Source of the DNA: Ranitomeya imitator
Lineage: Eukaryota
Reading direction: 5' to 3'
NCBI RefSeq assembly: GCF_032444005.1
Contig: NC_091283.1
Span: 372,062,001 to 372,126,000 of the forward strand
Length of the DNA: 64,000 nucleotides
Under the pieces are notes generated by a model, which saw only the letters and a list, made by a program, of their open reading frames with translations, did no database searches and was not told the origin of the DNA. Each line of letters starts with the position of its first letter. The first letter of the stretch is position 1. This document shows positions 12,543 to 24,134 of the stretch, in pieces. A program made the translations under genes and the position numbers.

Positions 12543-13254
12543 CCCTGACTGGTCAGTCAGAAGATTTACAACTAGAGGATCCAATATTGTAGGACCTACA
12601 TGGGAAGATGATGATGAAACATCATAAGGAATCCAATGTAATACAATTACTGAAGTTATTAAATGAAAACATATGATGAGATAGAACGTGTAGATGTGAT
12701 ATTCATTCCTTTTCTATGGAATGGAGCATAAGTGTAATATCTTATTGAGGCAGCTCCTCCATGTCTGAAGTTAATGCTTCACAAGAACACTACAGTCTCT
12801 GGCCTCAGCACCAAAATAACCCAAATTCCTATGCAGTGGAACCTTTCCACCTTCTTCATTTATTAAGTTTTGGGATCTGGACAGACCATACAGCTTAATA
12901 AACATCTTCACATGCCATTCTGGGCAGTTTCCCTTTGGACCAATTTTATTCAGATATACTTTAATTGAATGAACCAAATCAGCTGATTTCTATATTGGAG
13001 TAAAACCCACAATCCTCCTATAATGTGAGGTCTCTGTGTTTTCTTCCATATTCTGCCCCACAGTCTCCTCCTCCAGGATCAGTGTCCTCAGTACAGGACC
13101 GACGCCACAGACATTTCATGGGAAATCCCTTTATTCTAAACTATTACAGCCAAAATTAGGGAAATTACAGTTTCTCCATTTCTCCAGATTTATATGGGAA
13201 GAAAAACCCGACATTTCCATTCCCTGTAATCTCCACCCCAGAAGGAAAGCGTCA

Positions 13255-13626
13255 TCTGACAAGATTTCTCTCGTGTATCACCCCTACTCTGGAACACTCT
13301 ACCCCAACATATCAGACTTTCGCCTACCATCGAAACCTTCAAAAAGAACCTGAAGACCTACCTCTTCCGACAAGCCTATAACCTGCAGTAACCACCGATC
13401 GACCAAACCACTGCACGACCAGCTCTACCCTCACCTGCTGTATCCTCACCCATCCCTTGTATATTGAGAGCCCTCGCGGGCAGGGTCCTCTCTCCTCCTG
13501 TACCAGTTATGACTTGTATTGTGTAAGATTATTGTACTTGTTTTTTTTATGTATACCCCTCCTCACATGTAAAGCACCATGGAATAAATGGCGCTACAAC
13601 AATAAATAAATAATAATAATAATAAT
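13255..13626 (+). mobile_element. L2/CR1-clade LINE 3' fragment
   Basis: Reads QDFSRVSPLLWNTLPQHIRLSPTIETFKKNLKTYLFRQAYNLQ* (LINE ORF2 C-terminus), then a 3' UTR and an aataaataaat(aat)n tail. Confidence 0.8.
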
Positions 13627-13785
13627 CTGTCCCCAAACCAGAGCGCCCTCCCCTGTATACATGAGCACAGCCAGCATTCTATTACTGTACATATACACAT
13701 GGCAGAGCTGGGGGCACTATCTCCGGGAATGGAGGGGTTACTGCCCCCTGCCCCCGCCCAGTAATGGGGAATCTCCAGCACCTAC

Positions 13786-13880
13786 CTCCACCTGCAGAGC
13801 CGCACACCACATATATGGCTGTTCTGTGCGCACAGGACCTGTGATGAGGTCACAATCACGTGATCAGTCACATGGACGGG
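13786..13880 (-). promoter_or_regulatory. Candidate non-coding first exon / promoter of gene A
   Basis: Minus-strand donor GGAG|GTAGGT at 13785, GC-rich flank (cccccgccc) and a CACGTG E-box nearby. The matching acceptor of the first coding exon is at 12596 (cccatgtAG). Confidence 0.4.
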
Positions 13881-14153
13881 AGGAGTTATATGTCGTAAAG
13901 CTGTCAGTTTATGATGAGTGTGTGTAAGTTGGAGCTGTCAGCCATGGGTGTACTTAGCTCTCCGTGACTCGTGTTCTGATATCATTAGTTTTTGATTGTT
14001 TCTGGTTCAGCCACCCACATTTTCCAGTTCCTTCCATCCTCTGTGGTGTGGAGTGCTAGTATTGTGTGTTCAGCTGGATTTACTAGTGAGCAGTTTGGAA
14101 AAACTTTATTTACATTGAAATTTTGGTCTCTCAAACTATTATCGTATGTAAAC

Positions 14154-14630
14154 TGTCGCGGTACCACCCCTCGGTGTGTCCTGGATGCAGTTACTGACAG
14201 TTCAGTTACCCAATGTGGTGCTGGGGAGTGCTGAGCTGTCAGGGTGTTGATAGCTTGGTCATCCAACCTGAGCCTGGGAGGTGTCGGCTGTCTCCAGGTA
14301 TTCATTATCCTAGGTGATTGCCAGGCTACTTAACTGGGCTGTTGCTCCTACACCTCTGCCTGGCATACATTCAGCTACTGTGTGGTTTCTCTCTCTGTGC
14401 CTTGTATTCTGTTTGTTGATCTTTCATTGCCTGACCTTGGACCTCATTCTGACCATCTGTTTGTTTAACTCCTTGTGCTCTGCTCTGCTATCCTCCTGGT
14501 ATTTTGACCTTGGAAAGTTACCTGTCTACGCCTTTGCCTTCTGTTTATGACATACCTTCCTGACTTTTGACCTCGGACTCCTGACTATCCTTTCTCAAGG
14601 CTTGGCCGTGAGAAGGGACTCCGTGTCACA
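14154..14630 (+). mobile_element. Solo-LTR-like repeat related to 5438-5935
   Basis: TGT...ACA ends and shared internal blocks. No matching TSD. Confidence 0.4.
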
Positions 14631-16662
14631 TAGAGTATAGAGATCAATATGCAAAGTGAGGTGTGAATAGCGTTCAGGCAGTTTCTGGAATCTTATGGCT
14701 GTGAGCATCACTCCTTTGTTAATATACAAAAAAAATCTTTACCAAATCTTGACTTATCAGGTTTTGATTTTGGCCGTGGGAACGTCTTGCAAGGATCATG
14801 AGGGCTGGCAGCTTTATTGAGTGATAAATCGGCTATTTTAATGGGTAATTGTTTAAAAACATATTACTTCTACAATGCTGAAGAAATTCTAGAAACTCTC
14901 ACACATCACAGCATAGCCCAAGTCAATTAGGGGATTTATCTTGATTCCCAGTTAGGTCACAGCCATACTCTGTGGCTCATAACATAGCCAAAGCTTCGAC
15001 TACACAGATTGTTAATGATTTTCACTGCTTTGGTGAAAATCAAAAGAACAACTCTGGCACTGTGTAGGCACTAAGACCAGAGCCAGGACAAGGTATTTTG
15101 GTGCCCTAAGCAGATGAAGCTGACGGCACCCCATACCCTGATAAACCCTCATTACCCAAATAAAGGAATGGATCAGAGACTAAGGTTAAAAGACCCCTAA
15201 AGTACCCCACTTTTTCACCCAAAAAAAACAGTAAAAGTAGAAAAAGTGATGTACTTTAGAGGTGAGGCTAACAAGGAGTGCATTTTCAAAGTTATATATA
15301 GAATCATTGTTTGTGGACCATTTACACAATACAAGGGATAAATAGCTATATTTATCCCTGATGTCCTATATTTTAAATATCCAACCCAAGGACAGTCATG
15401 GAAACTATTATGACTTAACTGTATGAGGACAGTTTGGTTTAAATTAAAGTGTCCATCATGTGGCAGATGCCCTATTTGGAAACTAAACAGACCCCATTAT
15501 AGATAAAGGGATACGGATACGTATAATTGTTTTTAAAGAAGCACTCCTCCTCCCACCAAAATGTTTGTTCTCTTAATACATTGCAGTCATCATATTATAC
15601 AGCACTGTGTACTTACAGTACAATTGCTCATTTTGCCTTTTCGACCCAGATAATTCTTCCCTTTTCCATTAGGTCTTTTACTAGCTGAATCCTTCTAAGT
15701 CAGTCCCATATGCATTCATATGTCATGAACCTACAACTCCCAGTATGCATTTTACATTGGTAAGGAGATGCTGGGAGTTGTTATCAGTCTTTTTCAGACT
15801 GCGGACCATGCAGGAACCACAATACTTATGAGACACAGAGACAGGATTAATAAGTAAACATTTACATCCAGGAACCTTACAGGTGACCTCTTCTCTGATT
15901 TAGTCCTTTCTTTGTGTCTCCATCTTGTTCAGACGCCATGATGACTTTTCATATCCTTAGCTTTGGGCTTCTGCAGCACATCCTGACACCGTGGCCTTTA
16001 AAAATAACAGTGTCATTAAAATGCCCTCAGCATAAAAAACATCTGCCCATATTATGACCTAAATAAGCCTCCTACAGTATATCGTCTTCACACTGATTGC
16101 CTTTATGAGCTACACCCACCCCACTGTCTGCCATTATCAGCTATAACTGCTGTACCGTCCGCCCTTATGAACTATGGCCTATATCATGGTTGGCCCATCT
16201 CTAGTTTTCCCTTACACTCTATATCTCCACACTGCCCCTTGCCATGCTAACCTCTCTCTATACTGTACCCTCATTTCATGCTGCCCTGTGTAAGGTGCGC
16301 AGGGCAGAAGTCATGGGCAAGGAGCTGCTGTAAGCCCAGACACCTGGCACCCTACGAATAAATGGTATCCCGATTCCCATGTTCTGTATGTGTGCTGTAC
16401 ATTCACAGTTTGTCCTCAGGCCTCTGCGGTCTCCTTGCTTGCTGACTCAAGCTCAAGACTTTGGGCATTCCAGGGAGTTCCATACGAACAAAAGGTTCTG
16501 CTCGTGCCTCCAGCCCACTGCCCTTGAACTTTGTTTCTTCTTACTAACACTGAACTCCCACACCATCTAATCTAATCTCATCTGACTAAAACCAGGAAGT
16601 GCTCCCCTTATTAACTGACCTTGGCTCCTCCCAAACTGTGCTGGCCCCAAACATTTAGTCTA

Positions 16663-19536
16663 CTAGATGGTGGCCCGATTCTAACGCATCGGGTATTCTA
16701 GAATATGCATGTCCACGTAGTATATTGCACAGCCCACGTAGTATATTGCCCACTCACGTAGTATATTGCCCAACTACGTAGTATATTGCCCAGCCACGTA
16801 GTATATTGCACAGCCCACGTAGTATATTGCCCAGTCACGTAGTATATTGCCCAGCTACGTAGTATATTGCCCAGCCATGTAGTATATTGCCCAGTCACGT
16901 AGTATATTGCCCAGTCACGTAGTATATTGCCCAGCCACATAGTATATTACCCAGTCACGTAGTATATTGCCCAGCCACGTAGTATATTGCCCAGTCACGT
17001 AGAATACTGCACAGCAACGTTGTATACAGCACAAACACGTAGTATATTGCACAGCCCATGTAGTATATTGCCCAGTCACGTAGTAGATTGGCCAGCTGAG
17101 TAGTATATTGCACAGCCCACGTAGTATATTGCCCAGTCACGTAGTATATTGCCAAGCTACATAGTATATTGCCCAGTCACGTAGTATATTGCCCAGCCAC
17201 GTAGTATATTGCCCAGCCACATAGTATATTGCCCAGCCACGTAGTATATTGCCCAGTCACATAGTATATTGCCCAGCCACGTAGTATATTGCCCAGTCAC
17301 GTAGTATATTGCCCAGCCACACAGTATATTGCCCAGTCACATAGTACATAGCCCAGTCACGTAGTATATTGCCCAGTCACGTAGTATATTGCACAGCGAC
17401 GTAGTATACAGCACAAACACGTAGTATATTGCACAGCCCACGTAGTATATTGCCCAGTCACGTAGTATATTGCCCAGCTACGTAGGATATTGCCCAGCCA
17501 TATAGTATATTGCCCAGTCACGTAGTATATTGCCCAGTCACTTAGTATATTGCCCAGCCACGTAGTATATTACCCAGTCACGTAGTATATTGCCCAGCCA
17601 CGTAGTATATTGCCCAGTAACGTAGTATACTGCACAGCAACGTTGTATACAGCACAAACACATAGTATATTGCACAGCCCATGTAGTATATTGCCCAGTC
17701 ACGTAGTAGATTGGCCAGCTGCGTAGTATATTGCACAGCCCACGTAGTATATTGCCCAGTCACGTAGTATATTGCCAAGCTACATAGTATATTGCCCAGT
17801 CACGTAGTATATTGCCCAGCCACGTAGTATATTGCCCAGCCACGTAGTATATTGCCCAGCCATGTAGTATATTGCCCAGTCACGTAGTATATTGCCCAGC
17901 CACGTAGTATATTGCCCAGTCACATAGTATATTGCCCAGCCACATAGTATATTGCCCAGTCACGTAGTATATAGCCCAGCCACGTAGTATATTGCCCAGC
18001 CACGTAGTATATTGCACAGCGACGTAGTATGTTGCCCAGGCACGTAGTATATTGCCCAGTCACGTAGTATATTGCCCAGTCACGTAGTATATTGCACAGC
18101 AACATAGTATACAGCACAAACACATAGTATATTGCCCAGTCACGTAGTATATTGCCCAGTCACGTAGTATATTGCCCAGCCACGTAGTATATTGCCCAGC
18201 CACGTAGTATATTGCCCAGCCATTTAGTATATTGCCCAGCCACTTAGTATATTGCCCAGTCACGTAGTATATTGCCCAGCCACGTAGTATATTGCCCAGT
18301 CACGTAGTATATTGCCCAGCCACGTAGTATATTGCCCAGCCACGTAGTATATTGCCCAGCCACGTAGTATATTGCCCAGTCATGTAGTATATTGCCCAGC
18401 CACGTAGTATATTGCCCAGTCACATAGTATATTGCCCAGCCACATAGTATATTGCCCAGTCACGTAGTATATAACCCAGCCACATAGTATATTGCCCAGC
18501 CACGTAGTATATTGCACAGCGACGTAGTATGTTGCCCAGGCACGTAGTATATTGCCCAGTCACGTAGTATATTGCCCAGTCACGTAGTATAATGCACAGC
18601 AACATAGTATACAGCACAAACACATAGTATATTGCCCAGTCACGTAGTATATTGCCCAGTCACGTAGTATATTGCCCAGCCACGTAGTATATTGCCCAGC
18701 CACGTAGTATATTGCCCAGCCATTTAGTATATTGCCCAGCCACTTAGTATATTGCCCAGTCACGTAGTATATTGCCCAGCCACGTAGTATATTGCCCAGT
18801 CACGTAGTATATTGCCCAGCCACGTAGTATATTGCCCAGCCACGTAGTATATTGCCCAGCCATTTAGTATATTGCCCAGCCACTTAGTATATTGCCCAGT
18901 CATGTAGTATATTGCCCAGCCACGTAGTATATTGCCCAGTCACGTAGTATATTGCCCAGCCACGTAGTATATTGCCCAGCCACGTAGTATATTGCCCAGC
19001 CACGTAGTATATTGCCCAGCCACGTAGTATATTGCCCAGCCATTTAGTATATTGCCCAGCCACTTAGTATATTGCCCAATCCCGTAGTATATTGCCCAGC
19101 CACGTAGTATATTGCCCAGCCACGTAGTATATTGCCCAGCCACGTAGTATATTGCCCAGCCACTTAGTATATTGCCCAGTCACGTAGTAGATTGGCCAGC
19201 TGCGTAGTATATTGCACAGCCCACGTAGTATATTGCCCAGTCACGTAGTATATTGCCAAGCTACATAGTATATTGCCCAGTCACGTAGTATATTGCCCAG
19301 CCACGTAGTATATTGCCCAGTCACGTAGTATATTGCCCAGCCACGTAGTATATTGCCCAGTCACGTAGTATATTGCCCAGCCACGCAGTATATTGCCCAG
19401 CCACGTAGTATATTGCCCAGCCACGTAGTATATTGCCCAGCCACATAGTATATTGCCCAGCCACGTAGTATATTGCCCAGCCACTTAGTATATTGCCCAG
19501 CCACTCGGTCAATCAGCTTAGATATAGAATTATAGA
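16663..19536 (-). mobile_element. Probable non-autonomous Helitron consisting mostly of a minisatellite
   Basis: Minus strand has a 5' A|TCTATAATTC start (19536) and a 3' hairpin CCCGAT-gcgttaga-ATCGGG 7 nt before CTAG|T (16663). No TSD. Confidence 0.6.
16714..19504. repeat. 20-bp minisatellite (cacgtagtatattgcccagc/t), about 140 copies
   Basis: Directly visible. It contains recurring variant blocks (e.g. gtatacagcacaaacac, gtagattggccagctg). The many small ORFs here are artefacts. Confidence 0.98.
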
Positions 19537-20099
19537 TGATGTTCCTGTGCTCAGACGTGGTGGGGATCGGGTTTCTCTCTTGAAAAAGAAAGAGTTAAAA
19601 TGGATATTTGAACTCGATACGTTATCTCCGAGGGGCATGAATATTGAGTACCAGCAGAGTATTTTTCTCTAGCATCCTTTGGGTTAATTGTGGTTCCTCA
19701 TTGGTGTATTGTTTTTAACCACTGTTTTTATTATTGTATGCGATATGTGATTCAATATTTCCCATAACTGCATTTCTCCATCTCCCTATACTATATGTGA
19801 TAGCTGAATGTGCCTGCCCTCGGCAGATTGCAAATGCTAAGCAACTTGAGGCTGGGCAATTACCAGCATGGGAGACGGGCTGGGAATCCCTGGTACTAAT
19901 TGTCCCCTGTTCAAATGTAAACTCTCTATGGGGTGAGTTAAGGTACCGTCACACAGTGCAATTTTCATCGCTACGACGGCACGATTTGTGACGTTGCATT
20001 ATCGTTAATTATCGACTCAGAGGGGGTGCTAAACAATATATCTAAATTATATAATCAATAAAATTAGGTTGGGAGCATCAAATAAAAGAAGGGTGGCGC

Positions 20100-20287
20100 A
20101 GGGTTGGAGCAGCACATATCAGAATGGAGCCGCAAAATGGTAGCAGCACATGTCAGAATGGAGGCGCAGGATCACAGCAGCACATGTCTGAATGGGGACG
20201 CAGGATGGGAGCAGCACATGATAGGATGTAGAACATATACCAATAGAAATGCGCGTAAACAGGGCGTAGAACGGGTTAAATAGCTAG
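20100..20287 (+). repeat. 34-bp tandem repeat (4 copies) ending in a Helitron-like CTAG|T terminus, inside the Harbinger
   Basis: gcagcacat units at 20109, 20143, 20177 and 20211, followed by ...gggcgtagaacgggttaaatagCTAGt. The hairpin is degenerate. Confidence 0.45.
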
Positions 20288-20333
20288 TATAATATATCGA
20301 CATAACACAGCAGCCAATAAAATATAGTAGTAC

Positions 20334-20777
20334 CTCCATATAATGCCTTAAGCTGCGCACAATGGCCTCGCATGTCTCCGGAATCACAACGCTCAGGAAA
20401 GGTCTGGAAACAGCAGCGGAAAACTGCAAATCCTGAAGAGACCTTCCTGTTGCCAGGAACCGCAGTGTCACCGCCAACCTTTCATCCACGGGCACGGCTG
20501 CACGCATCGGCGTATCACACCTTTGTATGAGTGGCGTAACAGCAGCAAGTATTATCTTGAATGATTCCTCTGACATCCTAAGGTAGTTTCGGAAATCATG
20601 AGGGTTATTATCACGTAACTCTCTTATGAGACCCATGTGTGACAATGTGGATCTTTTCTGCAGCCAGCTCCGGGTCCACATGCGACGTTTTCGTTTAGGA
20701 CGTCTCTCCTCTTGGAGACGTGCTGCCTCAAACACCAGGGCAGCAACAACAACAGAACTCTCATCGGAAGTGAGCAT
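20334..20777 (-). pseudogene. N-terminal exon of a Harbinger (HARBI1-like) transposase; catalytic exon(s) missing
   Basis: FRNYLRMSEESFKIILAAVTPLIQRCDTPMRAAVPVDERLAVTLRFLATGRSLQDLQF is typical of Harbinger transposase N-termini. It ends at donor GAG|GTACTA (20333). No DDE region remains inside the TIRs. Confidence 0.8.
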
Positions 20778-21696
20778 AGTTCCTAAAAAGAAATCAAACG
20801 TACAATAAATACACGTGCTTACAAAACAATGTTCTGACCATTGATCTAATAACTATATATTTTACTACTGGTATTAAATGGGGCAGTCAACCATCTCGAT
20901 CTGTAAAAGAATTAATTGGGCCACGCTACAGCTGTGTACCTGAGGTTCTCAGGCCTACCCTACTCTCCATAAAGGAACAATCGACCACGCTACAGCGTTT
21001 ATCCACGTTGAAGCGCAACATATGCTACGCTGAAGCGTTATACATACCTTTTGCGGTAAAAGTCTAGTAGTAGAAGAAAAGTCCAGGAAATCCAGCGAAT
21101 TTAGGAGTTCTGTTTACAGCACGTGCTACAGAGAGAAATGAATAGCGCGCTCGAGAGCTCCGGTTTTATCCGCTGGGAACAATAGTCCTTTGTCGAATGA
21201 GCGCACAGTATTGTACCGCCCAATCAGCACTTGGGAGGTGGAGAATTCAGCGCTCCTACGTAGCCAACTCCTCCGCCCTTTACATCGTATACAATATCGT
21301 GCACACCTTTGTTACACTATGCGATCATGCCGCCACAGCGGGACACTAGACGACGAAAGAAAGTTTCAAACGATGTGCTACGACGTACGATTCACAGCGG
21401 GGTCCCGGATCGCAGGAGCGTGTCACACACTGCGATATCGTACCTATATCGCTCGAACGTCACAAATCGTGCCGTCGTAGCGATCAAAATTGCACTGTGT
21501 GACGGTACCCTTAGTGTTGTTTGTTAGAATAGGAGTTTAATTAAATATTTTGTATGCACTATACCTATGGTCAATTGTAATAGGCTTCGCTGTGCATATG
21601 GTGACCCATAGCGCTGTATATGTGAGGACTATACCCATTATGCGATCGGAACAGGTCTCTCTTTTCTAATCTATTATTACAGGGTCCAAGGATTAA

Positions 21697-22421
21697 AGGT
21701 ACCGTCACACTTAGCGACGCTGCAGCGATACCGACAACGATCCGGATCGCTGCAGCGTCGCTGTTTGGTCGCTGGAGAGCTGTCACACAGACCGCTCTCC
21801 AGCGACCAACGATGCCAGTAACCAGGGTAAACATCGGGTAACTAAGCGCAGGGCCGCGCTTAGTAACCCGATGTTTATCCTGGTTACCATCCTAAAAGTA
21901 AAAAAAAACAAACGCTTCATACTTACCTACAGCCGTCTGTCCTCCAGCGCTGTGCTCTGCACTCCTCCTGTACTGTCTGTGTGAGCACAGCGGCCGGAAA
22001 GCAGAGCGGTGACGTCACCGCTCTGCTTTCCGGCTGACCGACGCTCACAGCCAGTACAGGAGGAGTGCAGAGCACAGGGCCGGGGACAGACAGCGGTAGG
22101 TAAGTATGTAGTGTTTGTTTTTTTTACTTTTAGGATGGTAACCAGGGTAAACATCGGGTTACTAAGCGCAGCCCTGCGCTTAGTTACCCGATGTTTACAC
22201 TGGTTACCAGCGAAGACATCGCTGAATCGGTGTCACACACGCCGATTCAGCGATGTCTGCAGGGAGTCCAGCGACCAAATAAAGTTCTGGACTTTCTTCC
22301 CCGACCAGCGACAGCACAGCAGGGGCCTGATCGCTGCTGCCTGTCACACTGGACGATATCGCTAGTGAGGACGCTGCAACGTCACGGATCGCTAGCGATA
22401 TCGTCTAGTGTGACGGTACCT
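21697..22421. mobile_element. Harbinger-type MITE (725 bp) with internal inverted repeats
   Basis: TIRs AGGTACCGTCACAC / GTGTGACGGTACCT. TAA TSD at 21694-21696 and 22422-22424. Confidence 0.92.
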
Positions 22422-22539
22422 TAAGAGGATGCCTTTGAGTACCTTGTTTATTAGTATATCCGGCAACATACCTACTCTATCCATTTGACATTTATGGTCG
22501 TCATTTACATATGGTCCTGGTGGCGTTACTCCTCTGCAA

Positions 22540-23430
22540 TTGCACATGGATTATGGACCTTACATGGACGCGCTATGATATGTGCACTACTATATCCTGA
22601 AGAGACATGGAGATGATTTTTTTTTTATATATATACAGCTGGACTATAGCGGTTACGCCGCGGACATGCGCACTGAAGTGCCTATTGGAGACTACGCTGT
22701 GCGGCTGCCATGTACGGTCATGCGCAGTGGGGGAGGTTACCCGGACCTGCGCAGTACTGGGCGTTGGGAATATAGCGCTCATAAGTGGACTCCGTTGATG
22801 CACACAGAAGCCCTGGAGTGGGATGTTGGTGGGCGGATCTGCCGTTAGGACATGCGCAATGGTGGTGGGGCCCGTGAGTCTGTACGGGGATGGGCGCTGC
22901 ATGTCAGGTACGGTGCGGTCACATGTGGCCGGCACTGTTTTCTGATTGAGCAGAGCTTACCCTGGGCACACCTATGGAGCCATGGCAACCACCGATGCAT
23001 GTCTTCTATTGGATGGGGTGGTATGTTTACATCTATGTAGCCGGGAGTGTTTATATGTGATCTATGGAGTGTTAATGATATGGAGAGCGATCAAGGGGGA
23101 TTTTCCTGTGTATGGGGAGGTTGGTTACGGGTTGTTTCGCATTTTATACTGTTTTTATTGTTTTGTATAATGTTTGTAATATTGTTGTTTTTTCTATGAT
23201 GTCAGGGCACTCCCATTGGTTGTGGGTTAACCATGTGGGTGTGTCTAATGGTATAAAATGGTGGTTGAATTGGGATTGTACTGTGCTTGAAAAAGGTCCA
23301 CGGACCGAAACGTCGCCGCAGGAGGCAGAATAAAGAAGGTTACTGTCTGTCACTTCCTGGTGTGGCGCTGTCCTTTTTATACTTCGATTGTGCACACGTA
23401 TGAACAGTGCTTCCATTTTCCTGTAAGACC
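22540..23430 (+). mobile_element. Solo 3' terminal repeat (pLTR)-like fragment of a Penelope-like element
   Basis: Non-coding, CpG-containing, then T-rich sequence with a hammerhead motif at 23281 followed by aataaa. Same layout as the PLE 3' ends elsewhere in the window. Boundaries are approximate. Confidence 0.5.
23281..23321 (+). ncRNA. Minimal hammerhead-ribozyme-like motif, U3-A8 variant core
   Basis: ctgtg-c-TTGAAAA-A-GGTCC-ac-GGACC-GAAACGT-cgc-cgcag: perfect 5-bp stem II and 5-bp stem I with one G-U pair. Confidence 0.65.
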
Positions 23431-24134
23431 TCATTCAAGTGACTATTTTTTTCCTTTAGTATGTGAAAGAATCGTACCAATTTTAATCAGTGTTTTAGAT
23501 TAGATTTTTATTCGAGTTTGGTCAGTGTTTCATCAGGAATTGTCTAGTAACCAAAAAAAAATAAAAAAAATGCAAAGCTGTGTTCTGGCCATGATTTTCA
23601 CAGACCAATACACTTATTTGGCTGGTGACACACAAGTTTTTTTTTCTCTCTCGTGAGTGAGATTTGGGCCAATTATGGTAATGACATTGTCAGTGTTTGA
23701 TCCAAGTGTCACCTTAGTGTGATCCGATTCTCTAAGAAGAGAATGTCACAGCACAGCATACGAGAAGATGGAGAACAAAATTTCTCCATTTATTTTGTGC
23801 GAGTTCATCGGACAGCACTCTGATGACATCTGAGTGCAGTCCCGATGTTTCACTCGCACCTAAACACTTGAATGGGCGAGTGTGATCCGATCATCAAATT
23901 CACTCGATCTGCCCTGCCCCACAGTATGACATTAGGTCGAGTGCAATCCGATTTAATCAGATTGCACTCGTCCAATTTATACGCTCGTGTTTTTCGCAAG
24001 CCCGATGGGTGATTTCGACCCATGAACTTAAAAAAAAGGTGGTCATTTCTCTATGATTTGTTTGCAACTCACAACAATAGAGATAGAGCAAATATGTGGA
24101 AAAACAGAGGTCTGAATGAGAGCTTAAACAGAAA

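Larger units (their letters stand above)
19941..21510 (-). mobile_element. Internally deleted PIF/Harbinger transposon
   Basis: About 55-bp TIRs (A/G)GGTACCGTCACACAGTGCAATTTT..ATCGCTACGACGGCACGATTTGTGACGTT. TTA TSD at 19938-19940 and 21511-21513. Confidence 0.88.

Noticed and set aside
16698-19512. Many 60-80-aa ORFs (WAIYYVAGQYTT...)
   Set aside because: These are translations of the 20-bp minisatellite.
20172-20333. C-terminal 53 aa of the 201-aa Harbinger ORF
   Set aside because: Read-through past the splice donor into intron and repeat sequence.
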